Source: Parcubacteria group bacterium (GTDB taxonomy: Bacteria; Patescibacteriota; Minisyncoccia; Moranbacterales; UBA2206). Taken from it: a stretch of 64,000 nucleotides of DNA. Below the pieces are notes generated by a model that had not been told where the DNA came from, ran no database searches, and saw only the letters and a list, made by a program, of their open reading frames with translations. The position numbers and the translations under genes were made by a program. Shown here piece after piece: positions 9,169-17,213 of this stretch (position 1 is the first letter of the stretch; every line of letters begins with the position of its first letter). The stretch lies in NCBI GenBank assembly GCA_041659505.1, contig JBAZYF010000001.1, positions 566,712-630,711 of the forward strand, read 5' to 3'.

Positions 9169-9819
9169 ATGGAATTATTAAAAAAAGTCAGCCGGCTTGA
9201 AGTTAAAAGATGTTTCGTTCTTTCGCAAAGATTTACATCAAAAAAGATGCGCAAAGATGAAATAAAAAAGCACATCATCAAACCGGAGAAAGTGACTTTT
9301 TTAAAAAATCTGGAGATAAGTAAAAAAGCCATACTAAAAATGAAAGAAACAGAAATTGATCAGTTCATTGCTGTTGAATATAAAAAAAGACTTAAGGCTT
9401 ATGATGGGGTTGAGTGGTTTATCGGTTATGTCTATTTATCCGAGGTCGGTATTTGGAAAGGTGCAGGTGGAATTCCCAAGGCTTGGTCAACTGGTTCTCT
9501 TTTGGATTCTGCTCAGGAAGTGGCGAAGGAACTGAGAAAGACTAATTCAAAATATTCCAGAATCAGAGCAATAAAAGCAGTGCCAGAAATAATTAAATTT
9601 AAGGCAGTCATAAAAAAGGAAAAGTATTTGTTGCCAATAATGCTTCCGGGAGGAACGATTCCTGTTTGTCGGAAAGGTATGCGTCCGATGAATTTTGACG
9701 TCGATGATGGGTGTATGCGTTCGTTGGCATTTGCTGTCAGTGGTGACGGACAGATAAAAGCCTATGTCGGGATTTTTGCTAAAGATGCTTCCCAAATCAC
9801 CTCAAAAAAACCTTTTTGA
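9169..9819 (+). CDS. hypothetical protein (216 aa)
   Basis: ORF only; no SD; 3' end overlaps the convergent TrmB gene by about 58 nt, so the call is uncertain. Confidence 0.4.
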   Translation: MELLKKVSRLEVKRCFVLSQRFTSKKMRKDEIKKHIIKPEKVTFLKNLEISKKAILKMKETEIDQFIAVEYKKRLKAYDGVEWFIGYVYLSEVGIWKGAGGIPKAWSTGSLLDSAQEVAKELRKTNSKYSRIRAIKAVPEIIKFKAVIKKEKYLLPIMLPGGTIPVCRKGMRPMNFDVDDGCMRSLAFAVSGDGQIKAYVGIFAKDASQITSKKPF

Positions 9820-10502
9820 GTATCGTAAATCTTTTGGCTTTCGATGATGATGGCGATCTCTTCGTCGTAGGAAACCATCCCGATCTTATTTCCCCCATAA
9901 ATGACCATCTCGATTTCGATCTTGAATTTATCTGATGGGACAATTCGGCTTTGGAAGAAATATTCATTTTCATCTTGGGAGACAGTGCGCAGTTCCGGAC
10001 TACTGGGAAAAAGAATCCGAGCCCAAATCTTCTTTTCTTTACGCTTGGGAATGAAATGGCTCATGAAATAGTGGTCAAAGTCGAGGAATTTCTCGTTGAG
10101 CGTGCCCAGCATCTCGCTTCCAGGGTGTTTGAGAACATCTTTGAAAACTTCACGATAGGCTTCGCGGCCTTCAAAAAATTGAATTTTAGGCTTCTTATCG
10201 ATCAAATTGGTGAAAGCCAAAAGCTCCGGCATGACTTTGTCGAGGGCTTTTTGTTTTTCCTCCAGCATTTCTGCGAGTTTTTTGGGGTTTTGAGCGAAAC
10301 AAATGGCCACGCCGTTTCGCACGTAGCTGTTCATGAGGCCTTTTTCTTTCAAGGACTCGACGGCCAGATAGGTGGTTGTGCGCTTAACTAGGGACTTTTT
10401 GGCCAAGCGGTAGACGCTCGTTTCGCCCAATTCGAGAGCCGCCAGGTAGACTTTGGCCTCATTTTCAGAAAGGCCGGTTTTTTTGAGTTCGTCTAAATGC
10501 AT
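9762..10502 (-). CDS. TrmB-family transcriptional regulator (paralog 2)
   Basis: LSENEAKVYLAALELGETSVYRLAKKSLVKRTTTY wHTH; start moved to the MHLDEL Met (track ORF extends to 10592). Confidence 0.75.
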   Translation of the reverse strand: MHLDELKKTGLSENEAKVYLAALELGETSVYRLAKKSLVKRTTTYLAVESLKEKGLMNSYVRNGVAICFAQNPKKLAEMLEEKQKALDKVMPELLAFTNLIDKKPKIQFFEGREAYREVFKDVLKHPGSEMLGTLNEKFLDFDHYFMSHFIPKRKEKKIWARILFPSSPELRTVSQDENEYFFQSRIVPSDKFKIEIEMVIYGGNKIGMVSYDEEIAIIIESQKIYDTQKGFFEVIWEASLAKIPT

Positions 10503-10741
10503 AAAATGTGGTGTTATAGCGGATACTGTCATCAAAAGTGACGACAATATCATTATAGCATATGCTGTCAAAAAAAGCAATAGATAAGCCAAATAAAGCT
10601 TGGTTAGGTTTGTCTAAAATTTGACAATAGTCCGTAACTATGGACTAGTTGCCCAAAAAATGGTATACTACGCTGTTAAGATAAAACAGGGAAAAAGAAA
10701 GCCAGCTAAATCTTAACAAACTAAACATTAAGCCAAAAACT

Positions 10742-10942
10742 ATGAAAATGATCTTGAATAATGGAATGGTTGTAGGAAACGCTCCAATGATGTCAGAAAA
10801 AACCAGACGATATCTCAGTAACCTCTGGCACTTTCCTTCCAAAGCAGAAGCGGAGAAAGAGAAAGAAAAATACTACTCATTTGAATACCGCAGAGAGATC
10901 CACCGCAGAGCTGACCAGACTGAAGCCGTGATCGAGCCGTAA
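10742..10942 (+). CDS. small hypothetical protein (66 aa)
   Basis: Bracketed by an extended -10 promoter (TGGTATACT near 10658) and a terminator hairpin near 10958-10982; no SD. Confidence 0.3.
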   Translation: MKMILNNGMVVGNAPMMSEKTRRYLSNLWHFPSKAEAEKEKEKYYSFEYRREIHRRADQTEAVIEP

Positions 10943-11188
10943 ATTCTAGTGGAAAACAGAAAAAGCTTCTGTTTTTCCTAGAGTTTATCTAAATCCTTAG
11001 ATAACTCAGTTATTTAAAAAATTAATATTCAGCTAACACTCTCTCCAAAAATGGTTTTGGATGATGTCAGATAGCAATAATATCTGATGTATTAAGGAGT
11101 GGAGCAGAAAACAATATATTTTGCTTTCTGCTGGCTGAAAAAGTTTGCCGCCTGAATCGGCGGGGTAGAAATGGAGCAAGGAGATTTT

Positions 11189-11560
11189 ATGAAAAGAGTA
11201 TTATTCTTTAGTGGATCTTATGCAGCTTATAATGTGAAAAGAATAGCTGGACTTATCGAAAGATTGGGGTATGAAACAATTATACTCTCTGGCTCTGATG
11301 AGTTGGAAGGATTTCCTCTGACCGAGGTAAGCGTGGTGGTTATTGAGGAATGTAGTTGTTCTTCGATAGGGAAGGAACTGGCAGAGTTTCTCAAAAAACA
11401 CCCAATAGTACCTATGGTAAGAGGTGGCTGTAGTGTTCCTATGTGTGGGGAATTTGAATGGGGGAAAGACGATTTAAAAATTTTCGTGAAAATTCTTTCA
11501 GAGCTTGGTGAAAAGGAAGACATAATAAAATTTTTTAGCAGAGGGGAGGAGGAAAAATGA
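11189..11560 (+). CDS. receiver-fold-like small protein lacking the phospho-acceptor Asp set; Cys-rich (CSCSS, GGCSVPMCG)
   Basis: AAGGAG SD 5 nt upstream; MKRVLFF start parallels the next gene; 4-nt overlap (ATGA) with the following ORF. Confidence 0.5.
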   Translation: MKRVLFFSGSYAAYNVKRIAGLIERLGYETIILSGSDELEGFPLTEVSVVVIEECSCSSIGKELAEFLKKHPIVPMVRGGCSVPMCGEFEWGKDDLKIFVKILSELGEKEDIIKFFSRGEEEK

Positions 11561-11895
11561 AAAGAGTCTTGGTAGTCGAAGATCACTGGATGACAGTCGA
11601 TAACCTTGTGGCAATTTGTAGGGAAGCTGGCTGCGAGGTAAAAGTGGCTATGTCCTTGGCGGAAGTCGAAGCTATGGCCAAAGAAAAATTTGACATTTTC
11701 GTCTGGGATTATAATCTCCCGGACGGAACGACTCTTGAGGCAATCAAGGTTGCAAGGAAAAGAGACTCTGAAGCGACAATGATAGCATCAAGTAGCGACC
11801 CTGAAAGTCGGTTGCTACAGGTAATAGCAGGTTGCAATATTGAAGTAGATCCGTATTCCATCTATGGGGTGCTGGAAAAGGAGGTGGAAAAATAG
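11557..11895 (+). CDS. CheY-like receiver-domain protein, degenerate (VLVVEDH, FDIFVWDYNLPDGT)
   Basis: GGAGGAGG SD; receiver-like beta-alpha pattern with nonstandard acidic pocket. Confidence 0.6.
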   Translation: MKRVLVVEDHWMTVDNLVAICREAGCEVKVAMSLAEVEAMAKEKFDIFVWDYNLPDGTTLEAIKVARKRDSEATMIASSSDPESRLLQVIAGCNIEVDPYSIYGVLEKEVEK

Positions 11896-11911
11896 TTCTT
11901 TAACCACAAAT

Positions 11912-11948
11912 CGACTTCGAGCCAAGTCGTAAAACATGGCTCTTTTTT
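11912..11948 (+). terminator. rho-independent terminator after the receiver-like gene pair
   Basis: GAGCCA..TGGCTC stem followed by TTTTTTAC. Confidence 0.55.
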
Positions 11949-12069
11949 ACGTGCCTAGGTAAATGGGGATATGTATAGAATGTGTATAATATATGTATAA
12001 ATTATACACGCGTGGTCAAGACAAAATCTAGCGGAACAAGACTTTGACCGGTGAGAGAAATTTTTGGGC

Positions 12070-12118
12070 GAAGATTTTGGCTATGAGGAATTGAGAGTGG
12101 CGTAATTGCTTTTGTGAT
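12070..12118 (+). repeat. diverged copy 3 of the recQ 3' terminus (pseudo-3'-end keeping the frame ..FLGEDFGYEELRVA*)
   Basis: GAAGATTTTGGCTATGAGGAATTGAGAGTGGCGTAATTGCTTTTGTGA is about 80% identical to recQ 7907-7954. Confidence 0.55.
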
Positions 12119-12266
12119 TGATTTAGAGGCTACCCCTTGGTGGACGTTGTTGACTTTTTTCCTAAAATATGCAATCATAATCAATCATCTGTCGTTCTTT
12201 ACATTTATACTGCCCTAGAGATGATGCGGGTACTATACATAAATTTAGGCAAAATTGGAGGTGGAA

Positions 12267-13481
12267 ATGGACAAGGAAAATGTAAGCCAAAGGAAAAAAA
12301 TTCTTTGGGTAATGACGGGAAGTTTTTCAAGTCTTTGCAATCGTGGCTGTGCTCATTGTTTAGATAATGCTAATATGGAAAATGGATGTTACTTTTCCCC
12401 AAAAAATGCCGAACTATTGGCCAGCGAGATTAAAAGCGAGCAAGAACGATCTAGCGATGATGTCGATTCAGAGTTGCACCTTGCTGGTAATGGTGAAATA
12501 CTACTCAATCCGGATATTGTTGAAATATTTGATATCATTTTTGGACAAAATCAAAAAAATTCAGGAAATCTTGTTACGTCTGGAATCGACTCAAAAGCTC
12601 CTAAGGAAAAAGATCGTCTTCTTGAAATTCTCTCCCGCGAGTATGCTTCTCGGCTTTATTTCAATTTAAGCTTCAATCTATTCGAAAAGCGTTTTCCAAA
12701 AAGGCTAATAAGGACCCTAGAGCTTCTTTTTAAAAATGGGGTAAAAAAAGTCGGAATCATGATTTGCCAGCCTCGGCAGCGGACATTGCTTACTAGTTAT
12801 AAATTAATTTGGCTAATCTATCATTATTTTATAAGATGGGTCAGAGAGATTGATCCGCAAGCTTCCTGGGAAGAAATCTATGATTGTAATCTGGGAGAGG
12901 GTGTCAGCAGTGACGCAAAACACTTATCATACCTTGATTGCTCCCCAACCCTCTGGAGGCGTCACGATGGATTTTTAACCCCTGCCTCAACTGAATTGGA
13001 ATGTAATGGAGAAAGTTTGAGCATAAGATCGATTCCCAAAACGGAATTATTTCACAGTACCGTGGATATGCGTTCGATCCATATGAGAACATTGCGCTTT
13101 CTTACGAAATTTGGAGAGCTGGAAATAAAGATTAAGCCAAAATTTCTCGCTAAAAGAGGAAGGGCAATGAAGCTTGATGATCTTGGCTTTCCCGACAAAG
13201 GGCTATGCAATTTTCTGGCCGGATCTGATTATTCCCCTGTTCATTTTGGAGCAGATGGGAGTTGGTATCCAAATTGCGATTGTCCGATTTTGAGATCTCT
13301 GCGTATCGGGTATGTTCATGAGGATGTTCGGCAAGTTTGGCACAGACGAGAAACGCTGAGAAAACATCTTTTTGAAAAAATTATTTCTGACCAGCACGGC
13401 TACGCGGACATCTGTCAATTTTGCCAAAAAACCTCAACCCAATTGTATTATGAGTTGAGGAATAAACCATTACGTTGTTAA
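12267..13481 (+). CDS. radical SAM enzyme with C-terminal SPASM/twitch-like Cys cluster
   Basis: CNRGCAHC (CX3CX2C) near the N-terminus, HLAGNGEILLNPD Gly-rich SAM motif, C-terminal NCDCP..CQFCQK; GGAGGTGG SD overlapping the spurious upstream ATGs. Confidence 0.8.
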   Translation: MDKENVSQRKKILWVMTGSFSSLCNRGCAHCLDNANMENGCYFSPKNAELLASEIKSEQERSSDDVDSELHLAGNGEILLNPDIVEIFDIIFGQNQKNSGNLVTSGIDSKAPKEKDRLLEILSREYASRLYFNLSFNLFEKRFPKRLIRTLELLFKNGVKKVGIMICQPRQRTLLTSYKLIWLIYHYFIRWVREIDPQASWEEIYDCNLGEGVSSDAKHLSYLDCSPTLWRRHDGFLTPASTELECNGESLSIRSIPKTELFHSTVDMRSIHMRTLRFLTKFGELEIKIKPKFLAKRGRAMKLDDLGFPDKGLCNFLAGSDYSPVHFGADGSWYPNCDCPILRSLRIGYVHEDVRQVWHRRETLRKHLFEKIISDQHGYADICQFCQKTSTQLYYELRNKPLRC

Positions 13482-13508
13482 TAACTGTTAAATTTAACAA
13501 GCACAACG

Positions 13509-13535
13509 AAAGGCCAGGGGAAACCATGGCCTTTT
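13509..13535. terminator. bidirectional terminator hairpin between convergent rSAM and RND genes
   Basis: AAAGGCCA..TGGCCTTTT. Confidence 0.55.
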
Positions 13536-13564
13536 ACGTTGGGTAAAAATAATATCCCAAAAAA

Positions 13565-16500
13565 TTAAAACATCTTCTTCTCTTTCACCAAACTCAAATA
13601 CAACGCCGGAACAATAAAAAGCGTGAGGAATGAGGAAAGGATAAGTCCAAAGACAATTGTGCTGCCCAGGGCTCGCCAGGTTTCGTTGGAGAGGGTGATG
13701 GGGATGATGCCAAAGATTGTGCAGATCGAAGTGATGAAGATCGCTTCGATTCTGGATTTGCCGGCATCAACGACGGACTCGAAAAAGGGAATGTCGCTTT
13801 TGATGTTCAAGTTGATCTTGTCAATGAGAATGATGGCGTTTTTTACTACGATGCCAAACAGCGCGAGAATTCCAATGAGACCGGGGAAACTCAAAGTGAT
13901 TTGGAAAATGGCCATGCCGATGAACACGCCGATGAGGGCGAGCGGGAGGGTGACTAGCACGATCATAGATTGCTTGAATGAGTTGAATTGAATGATGAGG
14001 GTGGAGAGAATGAGCGCCATGGCGATGACCATCGCGTTAATGATTGACGTGACGGACTCGGCGTTTTGTTCGTTTTCACCGCCATAGACGATTGAGTAAC
14101 CGTCTGGCAGGACATAGTCGCTGGCGACTCTTTTTTGAAATTCGCTCACGACCGAGGCGGGAATGGTTTTGCCTTCCACGCCAGCCGAGAGGAGCACGGC
14201 TTTTTTCTGGTCAATGTGTGTGATGGTTCCCACGGAGGGCTTGAGTTCAATTTTGGCGACGTCCTTCAAAAAGACCGGTTGACCTTTGAGGTTGGTGATT
14301 TCCATATTTTGGACTGCCGCGAGATCAGGCAATTTATCTTCCGAGAAACTGGCGTTGACATCAATTTCTTTGGTATCACGAATAACGGTGCTGATTTTTG
14401 TTCCGGAAATGGCCATGCGGATTGTGGAACCAATCATGGAGGCATTGAGGTCATAGAGTTCCATTTTTGCGCTATCGAGCATGAAAGTATATTCAGCTGG
14501 AGCGGATTTGAGTGAGGTGTCAATGTCCACAACGCCGGGAATGTTTGCGAGTATTGGGCGCAGATCGCCAGAAATTTTGTCGAGCACTTGCAGATCATCC
14601 CCGATGATTCTCGCTTCAAAAGCACTGCCAGCTGGTGGCCCGCCACCAGGGGACTCAACCTTGATGGTGACTCCGGTAATTGAATTCATATCCTCGCGGA
14701 TTTTTTTAGCCAAGTCATAGGAAGTGATTTTTCTCGCGTCTTTGTCTTTGAGGGCAAGTACAATTCCACCTAAGTGTGAGACGCTACCGGAAACTCCACC
14801 GCCTGTGCCGTCAGGCGAGATGCCCGGGCGACCGATCACGGTGGAAAAATTATCAATCTCGCCATATTTCAAAAGTTTTTCCTCCATTTGCACAGCAAGT
14901 TTGTTCGTTTCAGCAAGATTTAGTCCGATGGGCGCTTCAAAAGTGAGATAGATATTGTCTTCGTTGGAAGCGGGGAAAAATTCTGTTTTCACAATACCAG
15001 TAATGGGAAGCGCAATGGCGAAAAGAAAAAGAGCGAGCGTGACAAAAATCAAAGTCAAACGGCGTTTTTTGGTGGAGACAAAGACACGCAGATATCTTTC
15101 ATAGATCGGAATGACCGCGTCAAAATGAACGATGCCATGGATGAGGCGAGAGAAAAAATTTTCATTTTCGCAAGTTCCCTGACAACGCAACTTTTCCTTG
15201 ATCGCTTCATCGCTTTGCCATTCGCGGTCCATCAGTTTTTGGTTTTCAGCCAACTTTTTTCGCCCATCGCGCGCGTACCATCTGCCGAGGAAAAAGAGAA
15301 TGACAACAAAAATCGCGCCAATAATAATCGTATAGACATTTTTTTGCCAAAAAAGAAAGGCAGCGAGAGCGCAGAGGAGCGTGAAATAGATCCAAAAAGC
15401 TTTTTTAGTGAGACGAATGCGCTCAAGCACGGCCGCGAGAGGGTGGTTGATCATGAGAGCGATAAGGAGAGACGCAATCAGTGTCACAGAAACAGTGATC
15501 GGAATGGATTTGATGAAAGAACCGATGATTCCGGTGGCAAAAAGCAGGGGCAAAAAGGCCCAGGTGGTGGCCAGTGTTGTTGAGGTGAGCACAACTTTGA
15601 AGTCACTCAGCACCAAAAGCACGGCTTCTTCTGGGGTGAATTTTCCGGTTTTCAAATATTGCTTTGTCGCGCTCACAACCACAATCGCATCATCAACCAA
15701 AAGTCCGAGCGCCAAGATGAGAGAAAAAATGGAAAGAAAATTAAGCGAAATTCCCGTGAGATTCATCACGCCAAAAGTGGCAAAGAAAACCAAAGGAATG
15801 GCGAGCCCCGCCACAATCGCTTCTTTGAGTCCGACGATGAGAAAGAGTGTGACAAAAACCAAAACCAAAGTGATCAAAAAGTCGTGGGTCAGTTGGGTGA
15901 AATCTTTTTGAATTAGTTTGGAAAAATCAGTCGTAGCGGCATATTGCACGCCCGGTGCAAAAGTTTTGATTTTCGCGTCAATGACTTCTCTTGCGCTCGC
16001 AACAGTGTCAATAATTGATCCGCCAGTTTTTTTGATAATATCAATATTGACCGCTTCTTTCGGCTCGGAGCCCGCAATGGAAAAACGCGAATAGACGGTG
16101 CGTTTGATCGCTCTTTCTTCCACGGTTGCAATGTCTTTGAGGTAAACAATAGCATTGTTGTCGCCATGGAAAACGGGAATATCGCCAAGCTTTTCGGCAT
16201 CAAAAAAACGATTATCGGTGCGAATGGGATAGCTAAATTCGTTGCCTTCAAAATTTCCGCCCGGAAAAGCGACATTTGACGCGGCGACCGCTTGATTGGC
16301 CTGTGTCGCTGAAAGCCCATAGCCGGACAATTTTTGCGGGTCATAGGCGATGGAAAATTCCCGCTCGTCTCCACCGGAAACTTGCACTTCGCGCACACCC
16401 GGCAATTTTTCCAATTCGTCTTTGATGTCATCGCCGTAGCGACGCAAGGTGAACCCGTCATAGGGTCCAGTGAGCGAGAGGGAGAGGATTGGCGTGTCAT

Positions 16501-16975
16501 CAAAAGAAATTTCGTTGAGTTCCGGGTCATTGGCATCCGTTGGCAAGTCTTTGATAGACGTGAGCTTATCACGCAAACGTCTGATGGCATCATCTTGATT
16601 TTCGCTCGTGTCAAATTCAACGGAAATGGCCGAAAAAGAATTGGAGGAACTGGAAGTGATTTTTTTGATGCCTTTCACGCCGGAAATTCCGGTCTCGATT
16701 TTTTTGGTCACCAACTCTTCCACATCAGTCGGGGAGGCTCCAGGATAGGTGGTGGAGATCATTGCAAAGGGAACTTTGACTTCCGGGTTAGATTCACGAG
16801 GTAGTTTATTGTAGGAAAAAATACCCCAGCCGGTGAGAAGGACAATAAGGAGAACTACCACGCGAAAATTGACCACAAAAAAATTGAGCCAAGTTTTGCG
16901 CAAGGACGGCTTAAATTCCAACTGATCTAGGTAGCGTTGGTCGGATGATTTGTGTTTAGGGGTTTGGTCGGACAT
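13565..16975 (-). CDS. RND-family efflux transporter (AcrB/HAE1-like, 12 TM with large periplasmic loops)
   Basis: Length, TM topology and RND-typical motifs; start set to the MSDQTPKHK Met (track ORF continues to 17110 across a repeat element). Confidence 0.9.
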   Translation of the reverse strand: MSDQTPKHKSSDQRYLDQLEFKPSLRKTWLNFFVVNFRVVVLLIVLLTGWGIFSYNKLPRESNPEVKVPFAMISTTYPGASPTDVEELVTKKIETGISGVKGIKKITSSSSNSFSAISVEFDTSENQDDAIRRLRDKLTSIKDLPTDANDPELNEISFDDTPILSLSLTGPYDGFTLRRYGDDIKDELEKLPGVREVQVSGGDEREFSIAYDPQKLSGYGLSATQANQAVAASNVAFPGGNFEGNEFSYPIRTDNRFFDAEKLGDIPVFHGDNNAIVYLKDIATVEERAIKRTVYSRFSIAGSEPKEAVNIDIIKKTGGSIIDTVASAREVIDAKIKTFAPGVQYAATTDFSKLIQKDFTQLTHDFLITLVLVFVTLFLIVGLKEAIVAGLAIPLVFFATFGVMNLTGISLNFLSIFSLILALGLLVDDAIVVVSATKQYLKTGKFTPEEAVLLVLSDFKVVLTSTTLATTWAFLPLLFATGIIGSFIKSIPITVSVTLIASLLIALMINHPLAAVLERIRLTKKAFWIYFTLLCALAAFLFWQKNVYTIIIGAIFVVILFFLGRWYARDGRKKLAENQKLMDREWQSDEAIKEKLRCQGTCENENFFSRLIHGIVHFDAVIPIYERYLRVFVSTKKRRLTLIFVTLALFLFAIALPITGIVKTEFFPASNEDNIYLTFEAPIGLNLAETNKLAVQMEEKLLKYGEIDNFSTVIGRPGISPDGTGGGVSGSVSHLGGIVLALKDKDARKITSYDLAKKIREDMNSITGVTIKVESPGGGPPAGSAFEARIIGDDLQVLDKISGDLRPILANIPGVVDIDTSLKSAPAEYTFMLDSAKMELYDLNASMIGSTIRMAISGTKISTVIRDTKEIDVNASFSEDKLPDLAAVQNMEITNLKGQPVFLKDVAKIELKPSVGTITHIDQKKAVLLSAGVEGKTIPASVVSEFQKRVASDYVLPDGYSIVYGGENEQNAESVTSIINAMVIAMALILSTLIIQFNSFKQSMIVLVTLPLALIGVFIGMAIFQITLSFPGLIGILALFGIVVKNAIILIDKINLNIKSDIPFFESVVDAGKSRIEAIFITSICTIFGIIPITLSNETWRALGSTIVFGLILSSFLTLFIVPALYLSLVKEKKMF

Positions 16976-17086
16976 ATGATGTTCTCTACGAATTACGAAT
17001 TTATACGAATGTACGAATATACAAATATCTTGCCGGAGTGGGTTTGCCTGCTGGCTGATAGGCAGGCAAGCTCGTTCCTGCGTAAT

Positions 17087-17211
17087 CCACCTCATCCGGC
17101 CTTCGGCCACCTTCTCCTTGGTAAGGAGAAGGGCATTCTTTCGTATTTTGTCCCCTCTCCTTACTAAGGAGATTTTACCTTCAACGATTTGAAGGTAAAA
17201 GGGTGAGGTGG
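17087..17211. repeat. REP/BIME-like or MITE-like composite repeat, copy 1 (CCACCTCA..TGAGGTGG termini; CTCATCCGGCCTTCGGCCACCTTCTCC core; CTTCTCCTTGGTAAGGAGAAGG hairpin)
   Basis: Lies between the MFP stop and the RND start; shares modules with repeats at 37220, 39267 and 50302. Confidence 0.6.
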
Positions 17212-17213
17212 AT

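Noticed and set aside
9762-9819. 58-nt convergent overlap between the 216-aa hypothetical ORF and the TrmB paralog
   Set aside because: Not rejected as such, but flagged. One of the two is probably shorter or not real; the TrmB gene has family support, so the 216-aa ORF carries the lower confidence.
12137-12367. 76-aa ORF upstream of the radical-SAM gene as a possible precursor peptide
   Set aside because: It overlaps the radical-SAM start by more than 100 nt in another frame and has no RBS. The GGAGGTGG SD clearly serves the radical-SAM ATG at 12267.
13623-16804. Several 70-170-aa ORFs on the plus strand inside the RND gene (13623..13991, 14135..14515, 15408..15911, 16334..16804 and others)
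   Set aside because: They are antisense to a well-supported 1136-aa RND transporter and have biased low-complexity composition, as expected for shadow ORFs.
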